Below, one piece after another: positions 23,718 through 36,828 of a stretch of 63,747 bases of DNA. The notes under the pieces are model-generated. The model was not told the DNA's origin. It did no database searches and saw only the letters and a program-made list of their open reading frames with translations. A program made the position numbers and the translations under genes. Every line of letters begins with the position of its first letter. The first letter of the stretch is position 1. Source of the stretch: Rhizaria sp. SCN 62-66 (Eukaryota); assembly GCA_001724265.1 (NCBI GenBank), contig MEDY01000142.1, positions 1 to 63,747 on the forward strand. Reading direction: 5' to 3'.

Positions 23718-25962
23718 TGACGATGAGGACCACCGCGAGGACGGCAAGTCCCGTCGCAGCGGCGGCGGCGGCGGGGTCGGCAAGGGCACGAAGCGCATGC
23801 CGCACTGGAAGCGCGACAGCGAGGCGCGCAAGGCCAAGCGCGCGGCGCGGGCGCGGCGGCACTCGGCTGAGCAGCTCACCACGCTTTCGGCCATGGCGCG
23901 CGCGCTCGCCGACATTATCACGGCGCTTATCCCCTCACTCGACTCTGACTGCCTGCTGCTGCTGCTGCGCGCCGTCGCGCCGCATCTCTCCTCGGCCGAC
24001 GCCAAGCTGCAGCGCAAGTCGTACCAGATCGTCGCGCACGTCATCGCCGCCGTGCAGCAGGCGCCCCTCGCGGCCGCGCAGCTCTCGGCCGACGCGGCCG
24101 CGCAAGGTGACAAATCCTTCGCGGCATTCTCGGCGCAGCGCAAGGCGGGCGCCGCGGCCCCCGCGCAGCTGAGCCCGCGCGAGGCGCGCACGCGCTTTGT
24201 GGCGCTGGCGTGGCAGCAGTGCATCAACGGCGTCATGACGGCCGCGGCCAACGTGCAGCCGCCCGCGGTGCGCGCGCGCCTCATCTCGGCGCGGCGCGTC
24301 TTCACCGCGATCCCGGATCTGCTGTCGCACCCGCAGGTGGGCGAGACGCTGCCCGTGCTGCTGGGCGAGGCCATCATCGCCTCGCGCGAGAGCAACACCA
24401 AGACGCGCGAGGCCGCCTTCGAGTTCGTCATGGGCGTCGCGCGTGTCATCATCGCCACCGAGGACTCGGCCGCCGCCGCCGCCGCCGCCGCGCCCGTTGA
24501 CATGGACGACGAGAGCAGCGCCGCCGCCGCCGCGCCGCAGCGCTCGCTGCTGACCGAGTTCATGTACATGATCCTCGCCGGCCTGGCGGCGTCGACGCCG
24601 CTGATGAAGTCGGCGACGGTGACGATGCTCGCGCGCCTGCTGTTCGAGTTCCGCGCCGTCTCGCACGAGCAGCACAACCGCGCTCAGACGGCGGGCGTGC
24701 CGCTGTCCCACACCTCGGGCTTCGCGTCGCCGGCCGTGCAGGCGCAGCTGCAGCCGCTCATCTCGGAGATCATGTCGACCGTGCTGGTGCTGCTCGCGTC
24801 GCGCTCCCGCGAGATCCTTAAGGCCGTGCTCGCCTTCGTGCGCGTGGCCGCCATGACGCTGGGCGCCGAGCACATGCAGCCGCAGCTGGCGGAGCTGCTG
24901 ACGCGCATCGCGCAGTGGGCGCCCGACGTCAAGTCGCGCTACAAGGGCAAGGTCCGCGTTATCTACTCGACGCTCATCAAGAAGTTGGGCATCGACGCCG
25001 TGCGCACGGCGACGCCCACCTCGGAGGCGCGCCTCATCGAGTACCTGCGCAAGGAGATGGACCGGCAGGCGCGCCGCAAGCTCGAAGCGGCGAAGCAGCG
25101 CCGCGCTGACAGCAAGGCGAGCAAGCGCGGCGCGGGCGCGGGCGACGACGACGAGGCCGACGACGACACGGGCAAGCTCGGCGCGGGCATGTCCTTCGAG
25201 GACTTCCTCGCCGGCGACGGCGGTGACGGCGACAGCGACGACGAGGACGGCGCGGGCTCATCCCGCGGGCTCTCTGCCGCGGCCGCGCTGGAGCGCAAGA
25301 TCGGCGCGGGCGGCAAGAAGGGCCCCGCGCGCAAGGGCACGCGCGCTGCCGACGACGCCGAGGACGGCATCTGGATCAGCGACGGCGCCGACCTGCTCGG
25401 CTCCGACGTCTACAAGCACGTCTCAAGCAAGCAGGCTGCGCGCCAGGGCGCCGCCGGTGCCGGCGCCGCGGGCGCTGCCGGCGCCGCGTCGGCCGAGGGC
25501 GCCGCAGGCTTCGCGGCCTTCAACAAGGAGGGCAAGTTCGACTACGCGGCCTACAAGAGCGAGCAGGACCGCGCTGCCAAGGCGCGCGCCGACGCCGCGC
25601 TGGCGGCGAAGCTGGCGGCGATGCCCAAGGCCGTCAAGCGCAACCACAAGGAGCTGGTCGAGGCGCGCAAGGTGCGCGACGAGGCCGCCTTCAAGGCCGC
25701 CAAGCCCACGGGCATCGGCAAGGAGTTCGCCTCGGCCAAGTCCGGTGGCGACGGCCGCAAGCGCGGGCAGAAGTACGACCCGTTCGCGTACGTGGCGCTG
25801 GACCCGCGCATGATGAACAAGCGCGCGAGCCAGCAGACGCAGGCCGCGCTCTTCAAGGACAGCTTCGACAAGTCGACCAAGAAGGCCGGCCAGAGCCTGC
25901 CCCGCGGCCAGCGCCTCAAGCGCAAGCGCGTCATGCTCGAGGGCGCCGCGCTCCGCAAGTAA
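20839..25962 (+). CDS. RRP12: RRP12 ribosome biogenesis HEAT-repeat protein (NUC173)
   Basis: PTSYFAAILSSL, DPRPKVRR, ALGPEFVLQTLPL, RAWLLPLL, QLWETLPAF, AKNFLPLLFNV, LQRKSYQI, GKEFASAKSGGDGRKRGQKYDPFAY. ATG at 20839, TAA stop. Confidence 0.92.
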
Positions 25963-26588
25963 GCGCGCGCGGGCTGTGCAGCGCGCTGTGCAACGGCGGT
26001 GAGCAGTTGCGTCATATGATGTCGGCAGCGGCAGTCGCGGCATGACGTGATTAGCTGAGCATGGTGGGTGTGTTTTTGTTGTTGTTGAGACCCACAAGAG
26101 AACTTGTTAGTATTAAGACAAGATAACACTCGGTATTAGAAGTATATATGAACGAGTGTTGTTTACATATATTATCTGCAAAATCGATCCACTATAGGCA
26201 TAGTAAAAGAAACAAAACACCATTGTGGTATTAATTGAAAGAGATTGAGGGATGACGATGATATCAGTATTACAATGCTAAAACAATAAACAAACAATTC
26301 ATCACACATAAGTCAGGTTTGATTTTGTATATAAAATTGAAAGTCATTTGTTCGTGATGTATTAATAAGCTTTAGGATAATATCGGTCGGTGCAGCGTGT
26401 GACCACCGTGGCCTTCACAGTCTCGCCCCCGGTGCCCACGGTCGAATTGTCACTTTCGCGCGCATCTCATAGGCTTACGTGCAGTAGCATCACAAAAGCA
26501 GGTGCAAATCACAACAGCAGCGGCCGCACGCGACAACACATGTCAAAGAGTGATCAGAGCAGCAACAAGGAAAGAATTCAACCAGTGC

Positions 26589-28734
26589 TCACTCGCCCTT
26601 GCTCTTCGTCACACTCCTGCCCTGCGACTGCTGCACCTGCTGGCCCTTGCGCTGCCGTAGCTCGCCCTGTTGCCCCGCGCCGGCGCCCGCAGCCTCAGCC
26701 TAAGCCGCAGCCACACTGACACTTGCCTTGCTCAGGGCCTTGTCTGCAGCCACGGCAGGAGATGCGCTCGCATTCGCGTCTGCGGCCGCGGCCGGCTTCG
26801 GCTTGGCGGCGCCCGGCAGCATAAAAACTGCCGCGCCGACAAAGACGCAGCAGGCGCCGGCCCAGTGCGCCGCCGTGAAGGGGCTGTCAAACACCAGCAC
26901 CGAGATGACCACCGACACAAACTTGCGCACCGTGATGGCCATCGTCGTCGCCGTCGCTGAGGACGCCGCGGTGAGCTGGTACACGCCCGACACGCAGAGA
27001 AACTGCGAGGACACGTTGAGGAGCAGCGCCAGCAGCGGCGACGCGCTCACGGTCACTGCCGCAGCGCCGCCGCCGCCGCCGCCCGCGGCCGCTACGGCAG
27101 GCGCGACGGTGACGGCGAGGGGCATGACCGCCTGAACCGTCGCTGCGGCGGCGGCGACAGGCGAGGCCCACAGCGTAGTGAGCCACGGGAGCGACGCCGA
27201 CGCAGCGGCGGCCGCGCCCGCAAGGGCGGCCAGGGGGCCGGCGGCGGCGGCGGACGCGGCCAGCGCAGCGGCGCAGGAGCCCTCCATGACGGTGGCCAGC
27301 GCACCGGTGTTGGCGCTCGCGGCGGCCGCAGCGGTCGCCACAGTCGCAGGGACTGCGGTAGCATAGCCGAGAGTGGAGAGCAGCGCGCCGCACGCGGTGG
27401 CGGCCCCCGCGGCCGTGGCTGTCGGCACAGCGACCGTGAGCGCCAGCGGGGCCAGCGGCGCCACGGCACCGGCCACCGCGCTGCCCACAGTCTCTGCAGC
27501 CGCACTGGCCACGCCCACGGTCGCGGTGCCCTCGGCTGCGGCCACGGCAGCGGCGGCAAAGTGCGCGTGCGCGTCGAGCCAGAGCGCGGCGTGGCGCGCG
27601 ATGGGCGCGGCAAAGAGCAGGAAGGCGGGCAGGTAGACGAGGTGCGAGTAGAGCAGCGATTCCGCGGAGGGCGGGCGGTGGCGGCGGGTGAAGTGCTGCT
27701 GCAGGTGGCCCAGGAAGGCCGACAGCAGCAGCGACACCACCAGCAGCGCGATGCCGACCGTGTACGCGTGACTGTTGCTGCTGGCGGCGGCGGCGTCGCT
27801 GGCACTGACGGCCGCTGTGGCGGTGGCACTGACTGTGGCATTGACGGCGCTGGCAACAGCGTCGGCGACCGCAGCCGCCGTGGGGGCGCCGACGCAGCCG
27901 GGGCACGATGGCAGCGGCACGCCCCCCGCCGCGGCCACAGCGGCAGCGGCGGCGGCGGCGCCCACACTGGCGGCGCGGGAGGCTGCGGTGTGCGCTGCGT
28001 CTGCGAGAGTGACAACGACGACGCCGACGGCGACGGCGACGCAGGCGAGCGACTGCGCCAGACTGTAGCGCTCGGTGAAGAAAAGGTAGCCCAGCAGCAG
28101 CGAGGCGGGGAGCGAGGATGAGCGGAACACAGTCTGCAGCGGCACCGAGATGCGGTAGTCAAAGACGACGTTGTTGATGATGGACTGGACGCCGAAGACG
28201 AGCGACAGCAGCGCATAGACGCCTAGCGGCATGCGGCGCGCGGGCAGCGACGGCAAGCCCAGGCGCGACCACAGCGACGGGGGCTGGAGCGGCGATGCAG
28301 TGACAGCAACGGCAGATGATGACTGCTGAGACCGTGCTTGCGACTGCGACTGCTGCGACTGAGATTGAGGCCAGATGAGCTGACCGAGGGCGGAGACAAT
28401 GATTACGGCAACAAACTGGAGCGCAGTCAACATGTGGCCGCAGCCAGGATCACGGCTGCACGCGGTAGAAGTGAGATAGAGAACGACATAGCGGGACATA
28501 GGAGAGTGAGCGATGATGATGATGATGGCAGAGGGGAGCGATATGCAAGACTCTGGATAGGGAGATACATACAGGCGTCACAGGAGATTAAACGTACCTG
28601 GTAATCATTTCAAGTGTCAAGACGTTAAGGCAGCATCCAACCATAATCTTGGTCACTGCAATGACGGCAGCAACGGTGTTTGTTGTGGTCGCCGGAGCTG
28701 CTGATGCAGCAGCCTTGGGTGCGGCGGACGACAT
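26589..28734 (-). CDS. SLC35B4/YEA4-like UDP-GlcNAc/UDP-xylose transporter; exons 28734-28598 and 28455-26589; in-frame TAG at 26700-26702
   Basis: Spliced join gives GCCLNVLTLEMITS|RDPGCGHMLTALQF. Further motifs NNVVFDYRISVPLQTVFRSSS, LLYSH, QFLCVSGVYQL, ITVRKFVSVVISV. Reading through the TAG ends at TGA 26589-26591 with ..TKSKGE, a KxKxx ER-retrieval motif. Confidence 0.85.
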
Positions 28735-29069
28735 TGTCTTAAAACAGCGCAAAAACGACTAAGATGCTTTTCTATGCAAATATAATTTAGTGAAAATAGT
28801 TAGTTTAGGATAGTGTGTTTGGTGAGTAAACAATATGCGTATCAACGGACGATACACCTCTAGACAGCAACATTTCGAAGCTCGTCGCCTTAAGATAGCT
28901 CGCGAATCCATCTCCACCACACTTTCACCCCACATGCATTACTTAATCATTCACTCGCTATACGACTCTCTGGCAACACATACGCATTGTTTGGCACTAC
29001 CGGACACTGTTCTATGACTCACGTGGTCCAATCTACACTTCTCTGTGCTTCGCTTCGTGCTGAACCAGC

Positions 29070-29778
29070 ATGGCCACAACCGCCCCCGTGTCGTCCTCGC
29101 TCAAGTTCCTCCGCTTCGAGGTTTTCGGCAAGGTCCAGCGTACGTATACACAATTTATCAGCTAGATTACACAGTTTTTATTGGCACAGTTGCGTTTCAT
29201 CTACATATACATGAGTTTTGAACGGGTTGACTTCACTCCGAGCTTCCGTCTGTTTCCGTGATTGCCTCCACTCTCCACACTACCATTGGACATCTCAACT
29301 TTTGCGACGCAGGCGTTTTCTTCCGCAAGCACACGAAGGAGGCGGCGGACGCGCTGGGGCTTGTGGGTTGGTGCCAGAACACTGCAAAGGGCACCGTCAT
29401 CGGCGAGGCTCAGGGCAGCGACGCCAACATCGCCAACTTGTACGTAACACCGCATGCACCGTAGTATAAGAAGTGTTAATCAAATTGAGCCTGCATTTTC
29501 ACAAAGTTTAGTTGTTTTTATATTAAGCTACATGTGAAAATCAACTTGAAGCACCTGTATTGCTGATGATAAATATCATTACATATCTCACCCCCCTTAC
29601 ATTTGTCCCTCCATTTCACTACCCTGGCACTGTTCGCGCGCGCAGCAAGGTGTGGCTGGCAACCAAGGGCAGCCCGCAGAGCAAGATCGACCGGCTTGAG
29701 GTGCGCGCTGAGGGCGACCTGGCCGCGCTGACTTTCGAGGCGTTCGACGTCGACCGCACGAAGGCGGACAGGTTCTAA
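29070..29778 (+). CDS. ACYP: Acylphosphatase; exons 29070-29139, 29313-29439, 29646-29778
   Basis: Spliced product FEVFGKVQRVFFRKHT..LGLVGWCQNTAKGTVIGEAQG..FKVWLATKGSPQSKIDR. Both introns are GTACGT..CAG. TAA stop. Confidence 0.9.
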
Positions 29779-30143
29779 GCGCGATATCCATGGTCGCTCT
29801 TTCATCAAAGGAGACGTTCAATGATTAAACGGGAGTTTTATGAATCAAACCAAATTACTACATAGAAAGCAACGATTTTTTACGAACATTTTCTATGTGT
29901 ATCACATTGTTTCATTGCGTTATACCAGTCTGCAATTGCATTCTGAGAGTTTACTTCAAGTTGCTTGAGTTTTGTGACCAGCAACAAATCCTCTAGAACT
30001 GCGATGTCGTCATCGGGCGGTTTTAAAATGATTCCATTTTGTCAATTTCTGTTGTAAAACAACCGATCTTTGCATAGCGACGCAACTTTTCTCCTTGACT
30101 TTAGGAGACGATTGTCGTATTGTCGACTGTCAATTCAGTCAAG

Positions 30144-33100
30144 ATGAACGAGCTCCTTCTTGACATTGCTCCGCCTCCTCCGGCATTGATAACAGCTGCT
30201 GCTGCAACGATCCCTGCTCATCAACGCACGCTAACAACATCGCCCGCCTTAACGCCTACCCCGCGCCCTGCCTTTACTTCAGCATCGGCGTCTGCGTCAG
30301 CGTCAGCGTCTGCGTCCCGCGGCAGCCTGTCGCTGACAGTGCTGGTGGGCTCCGAGCCCTTCCCGCTGGCGCTGCCGCCAGGCGCCACGGTCGGCGCCGC
30401 TGCGCGCGCCGTGTGCGAGGAGTGGGAGCGCCGTTATCCCGAGTCCGCCATCGCGCTCAGCGCGCTTCACGTCCTTTCTGGGGCCGCGAGAGCAGCTGAC
30501 ACTGGCACTGGCGCTGGCACTGGCGCTGGCGCTATGGCTGTTGTGGGAGCTCATGGCACTGGAGCACTGGGGGCAAGGCATGGGCCAGGGCAGGGGCCAG
30601 GGGGATACCACGGGAGAGATAGGACGAAGGCCAGTCGTGCTACACCAGCAGTCACAACAACTGAGTTGCACCCAGACGATGTGCTCTATCACGTACGTTC
30701 GCCAATCTTACACGAGACTTGGTGTGATAGGCTCAACTTGAAGGAAACATATTTTTTCATGGATTTAATACTTTATTCTGCTCTTGCGTTGTTCAGTCGT
30801 TCATGTATTCTTTTTTTGTGTGAATTCCATGCACTCACGAACATCACGCGTAGGTCATCGCTGACGGCGCAGTGCTCAGAGCGACCTTGCACTCTCCATT
30901 CCACGCTCAGCAACAATAGCAGCAACAACAACAATATCAGCAACATCACCAAAGTCAGCACAGACCGCAGCTCCACGCCCCGTTGCCGGCGCAGCCGCCC
31001 GCCGCAGCGCCGTCGCAGTCTCCCGCCTTGTCGCAGCCGCCCGCACTGTCGCAGCCGCCGTGGCTGCGGCCGGGGGACGTGCTCCGCGGGCACCTGCTAC
31101 TCTCGTTGCTTGGCCGCGGCGCCTCGGGGGACGTCTTTGCCGCGCGCGACCTCACCTTGCACCGAGAGGTAGCGCTCAAAGTCCTCCGCCCGCCGCGCTG
31201 GCGCAAAGGCGTTGCTGTCGGTCATGCTGGAGCTGCTGCTGCTGGTGGTGGTGCGCAGGCTGCTGGTGCGCAGGCTGCTGGTGCGCAGGCTGCTGGTGCG
31301 CAGGCTGCTGGTGCGCAGGGTGCCCAGGCGCAAGCCGACTCGGGGGAGGATGAGGCGCGGCTCGTGCGGCGCTTCCTGCGCGAGGCGCGCGTAACCGCGC
31401 AGCTGTCGCCGTGCCCCTACATCGTCACCGTCCACGGCTTCGGCCGCGCGCGCTCCGGCGAGCTCTTCATGGCGCTCGAGCGCCTCCGCGGCCGCGCGCT
31501 CGACGAGTTGCTCGCAGAGCGCATTGACGCGGCGCGCCCCTTCGCGCCGCTGGAGCTGGTGTACCTCGCGCTGCCCGTGCTGAAAGGACTCGTACGTAGT
31601 TGCACTGCTCGATATTGTGATGTCAGGATATTGTGGTGTCTGGTTTTTGTGTTGAAAACTTTATCGTGTCTCATGTACTCATGCCATTGTTTTTCTTTTC
31701 TGCCGCGATTGATCCCGACCTCTCGCGTGCGCAGATGTGGGCGCACGGGTGCTCGCCGCCAGTCGTGCACCGCGACCTGAAGCCAGAGAACGTGTGGGTC
31801 AACGCCGTGGCAGACGACCGCGAGGGCCGCCTCATGCTGACCAAGATCATGGACTTCGGGATCGCGCTCACGCTGAGCCCGCCGCCGCAGGACCAGGACG
31901 AGCTGTTATTGCAGGGGCAGGCACAGGCGCCACAGCAACAGTCCCAGCAGCCACAGCAGCAGGTCAGCGATGGCTCTGGCTCTGGCTCTGGTTCTCGCAG
32001 TGGTAGTGGTAACAGCGGTCGTAATGGCAATGGCAGCGGCAGCGGCGGCGGCAGCGGTGGTGGCAGCGGCAGCGGCCCACGGTACCGACACCTGGTAGGT
32101 ACACGGGGTTACTGCGCGCCTGAGCAGGCATGGGCTCCGTATCTGCACGCAATGCAACAACAACAGCTATTGCAACAGCAACAACAACAGCAAGAACAGG
32201 CTGGGCGGTCTGTGTCTGTATCTGTGCCTGCGTCGGCGTCAGCCTCGGCACCCGTGGCCACCGTGGACGCACGCGCGGACCTGTGGAGCGTGGGCGCAGT
32301 GTTATTCCAGCTCGCAGCGCTGGCGGAGACGCTGCCGTTTGACTCGCTCGCGCTCGCCAGACAGCTCCACGAGTACAACAACTCGCAACGGAGCGCTGCG
32401 CCGGCCGGGTCTGGCATCGCGGGCTCCGGCGGCTCTGGGGTCGGCGCTGCCCGCCCTATCGGAACCGGGGGCGCGGCTGGCAGTGCGGGCGCTGGCGGCA
32501 CTGGGGGCGCGGCGAGGGGGGGTGGACTGCGGAGGCCGCAGGCGCCGTCCGTCGTGGACCACATGGCGGGACCGGTACGCACTTTGATATCTGAAGATAT
32601 GCGCAATTCTTATTTACTATAAGTTGAACTAAACATTTTTGGGGCATTTTTTTGACCAGAATGTTTGTTTTAGTTGTTGTGTTTTGTAATAGTGTAAGAA
32701 ACCTCTCCTCACTGTAACACCCTTTGCCTTGCCATTTCACAACCCATAGCTGCCCGCATCTCTGTGCAGTCTCATCGACTGCGCGCTTAGCGTTGACCGC
32801 GCGGGCCGCTTTCCCACCGCAGCCGCAATGGCGCACGCACTTGAGCGCATTGAAGCAGGTCCGTTTTGTCACACATGAGTAGTCACACAAACAGATGACG
32901 ATGATATGAAAAGTTTTAGTGAGATATGACTGAGCTGTATTGTAAGCTCTCAAACTTTAACAAGCAACGAGAAAACATAAAAAATATACGCGACACTCAC
33001 ATATGCGCTTGCTTATCATGTTTTGTGTTTCAACGCGTTTAGAGTTGCTATCAGATCCGGCGACTGCGGCCACGCGTCTTGACTTCGCTGCTATGGCACG

Positions 33101-33146
33101 GCCGCTACCGGAAGCAGATACGTTTTCGACTGAGGATAACAGCTGA
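30144..33146 (+). CDS. Ser/Thr protein kinase of bacterial PknB/Pkn2 type with an N-terminal ubiquitin-like domain; exons 30144-30692, 30854-31591, 31735-32574, 32750-32858, 33043-33146; in-frame TAG at 30917-30919
   Basis: LLGRGASGDVFAARDLTLHREVALKVL, RFLREARVTAQL, HRDLKPEN, KIMDFGIA, GTRGYCAPEQA, DARADLWSVG, RFPTAAAMAHAL. All four joins are GT-AG and frame-preserving. TGA stop. The last exon is the least certain. Confidence 0.85.
31250..31318 (+). repeat. 15-bp coding tandem repeat (GGTGCGCAGGCTGCT)x4.6 encoding GAQAA
   Basis: Directly visible perfect repeats between kinase subdomains II and III. Confidence 0.9.
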
Positions 33147-33830
33147 GATAATGATAGATAGCTTCACCATTGCGCTTTTTTTGCCTTCTAGGTTCTTTCT
33201 GAAGTCGCCACCGTTGCTGTCACCATTACTGGACCTTGTGTAACACAGAGCGACTGAAACAAATATAGGAGTTTAAGTTAATGAACAAAGTGTTCGCAGA
33301 TTGAACACAACTTTCAATACATAAAATACACTATTTAGCGTTATGGTGCAGTTTTAGACACAAATATAACGCTTTTAAGTCAGGAGATTCAAATATGTGA
33401 TTTTATGCTCGTGACTACGTCGCCCAGCTCGACGTGACGAGCTTACTCTGGGATCCATTTTTTTCATGACCTATTCACCTTCGCCTGATTCGTCATTCAC
33501 ATTATTGAAGATATAACGAATTAATTTGCACATGTTCAATGTTTTAATCAATTTAGCACCCCAGAGTAATGTCAAGACTGCAGTATATTTGCATTTTCCG
33601 TGTGCTCACCACATCTCGTTCCATCTCTCCTTGCGCGACTTTTCCGCGGACATTGCAGCCTCGAGGCAGCATTTGCTTCGTTAAAATAGCTTACCTTTCT
33701 TAAATATCAGGAACAATTCCACTTTACGGGCGAGTGAGACTTTGATTCGCTGTATCCCCACTCCGCTGTGAGGCTTGTCCCTCTTCTGTCCCCCTCCTTG
33801 CTCGCAGTTCGTACTGCCATCCCCAACAAC

Positions 33831-36777
33831 ATGCTGTCCTCTGAAATGTTTTACGACAGGTTCATTGACAACCTCACGATCTCGAACGCGACGTGTTTCT
33901 TTGCGAAGTTTGTGTCGATCCTGCTGGGTGGCATGACGTATGCGTGGCTCAACTGGCACGAGTCGCGAGTGATGCGCGCTCAGCCCAAGGGCGAGGCCCG
34001 CGCACTCATCCTCCCGCTCTTCCGCCCGCTCATGCTCTTCATCATCATCTTCATGATTCTCGAGAACACGGCTTTCTTCGTGCTGGTGACGTTCGAGATG
34101 AGCAACTGGTTCAACGTGCTGCAGTGGTCGATGTTCCAGATCCCGCGCGAGGGCGTGTGCATGATCTTCATCCAGCGCTCCCTCTCGCGCAACGCGCTGC
34201 GCCGCGCCTTTTATTGCGCGCTTCTCTGGTCACTCTACGGCTGCGTTATGGGCGTCGTGCTCAACGTCGTCCCACCTACGGACTTCAACTGGAACATCGT
34301 CGCCGCCGTGTACCACTTCATTCCCTCGCTCTTCCACGCCTACATGCTCCTCAGCAGCTACAACCGGAGTCTTCCTTTCTCCCCGCGCGAGTCCCTCATC
34401 CCCTTCAACGCGCTCATGCTGCCCGGTCACCTCATCTGGTGCGTCATCTATATCATCCTCGCGTGCGGCGTACTGGACACGTCCATCCCCTGGCTCTTCA
34501 TCTGCGCCGGCGTGCTCGAGCTGCCCATGATGCCCGTCTGGCTGCTGCTATTTCGCGCCGACACGCACTACTGGCAGTACGGCGGTATCTGGTCCTGGCT
34601 GCGCTCGCCCGAGTACTTCGCACTCGACGAGGACGACGGCGCTGACGACGAGCTCGACTCCGCCGCCGCCGTCGAGGGCGCGCTGCTCCAGTACGGCGGC
34701 GCCGACTCGGACGGCAGCGCCGCCGGCGCCAGCACCGGCGGCGCAGGGGCTAAGGGCGCGTTTGCGACCAACCGCAGTGGCGGCCGCGGCGGCGGCGGCG
34801 CGAGTCAAGCCCCGTTGATGCTCGACATCGACACCATGCATCCCTTCTGCCCGCGCGCGCGCGCCGCCGCGGCCGCGGCCGCCGCGGCCGCAGCGACCGC
34901 GGCGGCGGGCGCGCAGCATGGCAACGGCTATTATCTGCTGGACGAGGACCTGCCCTCACTGGCTGACGGGCCCGGCGGCGACATCGGCGTCTACGGCCAC
35001 GGCAGCGGCGGCGGGGGCGGCGGTGGCAGTAATGCCGGCAGCGTCGCCGGGTCCGCGCTGGGCGGGCGCGCGTCGCCGGTGCCCGGGACGGCGTCGGGCG
35101 CGGGCAAGAAGAAGCGCGACGTGCGCCGGCAGCTCTCTATCGGGCTGCTCGCCGACGCCAACGAGAGTATCATCCAGACTGGCATCCAGGTACGCTGCGC
35201 TTGCAGACACTTACTAATTGGCGCGTTTGAATTTATGTGTATATTTTTGATTAATGCGGAATAATTTTGTTGCCATATTTTCTAATTTTATATCTTGATT
35301 TTGTGCTTTTGCTCTGTTACTGTTCTTGTAGGACATGATCGAGGCGAACCGCAACCACATCATCCACTTTGGGCAGCTGGACATCGATGCTAACGCGCCC
35401 CTGGGCGTGGGCTCCTTCTCAAAGGTCTTCAAGGGCTACCTGGACAAGAAGCCTGTCGCGGCCAAGTTTTTCACGCGCTTCATGGACATCTACCCCGAGA
35501 TGATCGAGGCGTTCGCGAACGAGACGTCGCTGCACGTGGCGCTGCGCCACCGCAACATCGTGCGCTGCTACGGGCTCTGCGTGTGCCCGCCGGCGATCGC
35601 ACTCGTCAGCGAGTTTTGTGACCGCGGCTCGCTCATGGGGCTCATCGCCGAGCAGCGCGCGCGCGTCGACGCGCTCATCACTGTCGCGCTGCGCGCGCGC
35701 GCGCACATCGAGGCGCGCGCCCGTGGCAAGCCCGCGCTCAGGCTCTGCGCCAACGCGCCGGGCGGCGCGGGGGGCCTTGTGCACGCGCACAACAACACCA
35801 CCAATAGCAGTCTCAGCAGCGTCGGCGATGACGCGAGCAAGGGTTCTGCGTCGGCGACTGCGAGCTCGACTGTGATCGCTCTTGATACGAGTGTCGCGAA
35901 CAGCAGCAGCGGCAGTGCTAGCGGTAACGTGTGGACGCTGGTCGACGACGACATGACGTCGCCCAGACTGTCCCCCGGCTCCCCGTCGGTCTCAGTGGCC
36001 CTCGTCGCCGCGGACGGCGGCGGCACCGGCAACAGCAGCAGTCTCAACAGCAACACCGGCGCCCACGGCCTCAGCCACAGCTCCAGCTCCAGCGGCGGCA
36101 GCGGCAGCGGCAGCAAGTCTCACAGCAGCCGCGGCGGCAGCAGCAAGGGCGGCAAGGCGCGCCGCAGCAAGGACGGCCACGACGCCGACTCCGTGTCTCT
36201 CAACGCGCTCTCCGGCAGCGCTGCCGCTGATGCCCACGCTGACGCCGAGCGCGAGCAGCAGCAGCAGCAGGGCGGCGACAGTGGCGGCGACGGCGAGGGT
36301 GAGGGTGGCTGGTCCCTGACGCGCTCGCTGAGCAACCTCATCTCGAGCGGGATCGCCTCGCTGAGCGGCGGCAAGGACCGGGACGCCGACGCCGCGCCGG
36401 CCGAGGACGAGGAGACGGCTGCCGAGACCGCGGGCGCCGTGCCCGCCGCCGCGCTTGCGCTCTCGCTGACCGAGGAAGACCGCCGGCGCGCGACGCGCAG
36501 CGGCAAGGGCGGGCTCTCGGTTCAGGCGCAGGCGCAGGCGCAGGCGCTGGCCGCGCACACGCACGCGCTCAGCGCGGGTCTGGGGCCCGAGGCGGCGGCG
36601 GCCGCGGCAGCGGAGGCCACGGCCGCGGCGGCGTCGGCGGCGGCCGCGGCGGCCGCGGGCACGCGCGTTATGGGCAAGGTGGACCTGACCGCACCCAAGC
36701 GGCCGCTGCAGCAGCAGGAGGCCGTCATCATGAGCAGGCCCGGCGTGCGCAAGAACAAGCACAGTGCCACCCTCTCG

Positions 36778-36828
<51 letters not shown>

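Noticed and set aside
30917-30919. UAG as Trp (A-to-I editing), pyrrolysine or Leu
   Set aside because: The polyQ, coiled-coil and polar alignment contexts fit Gln. No site falls at a conserved Trp or core hydrophobic position, and pyrrolysine is not known in eukaryotes. This is not formally excluded without a profile analysis.
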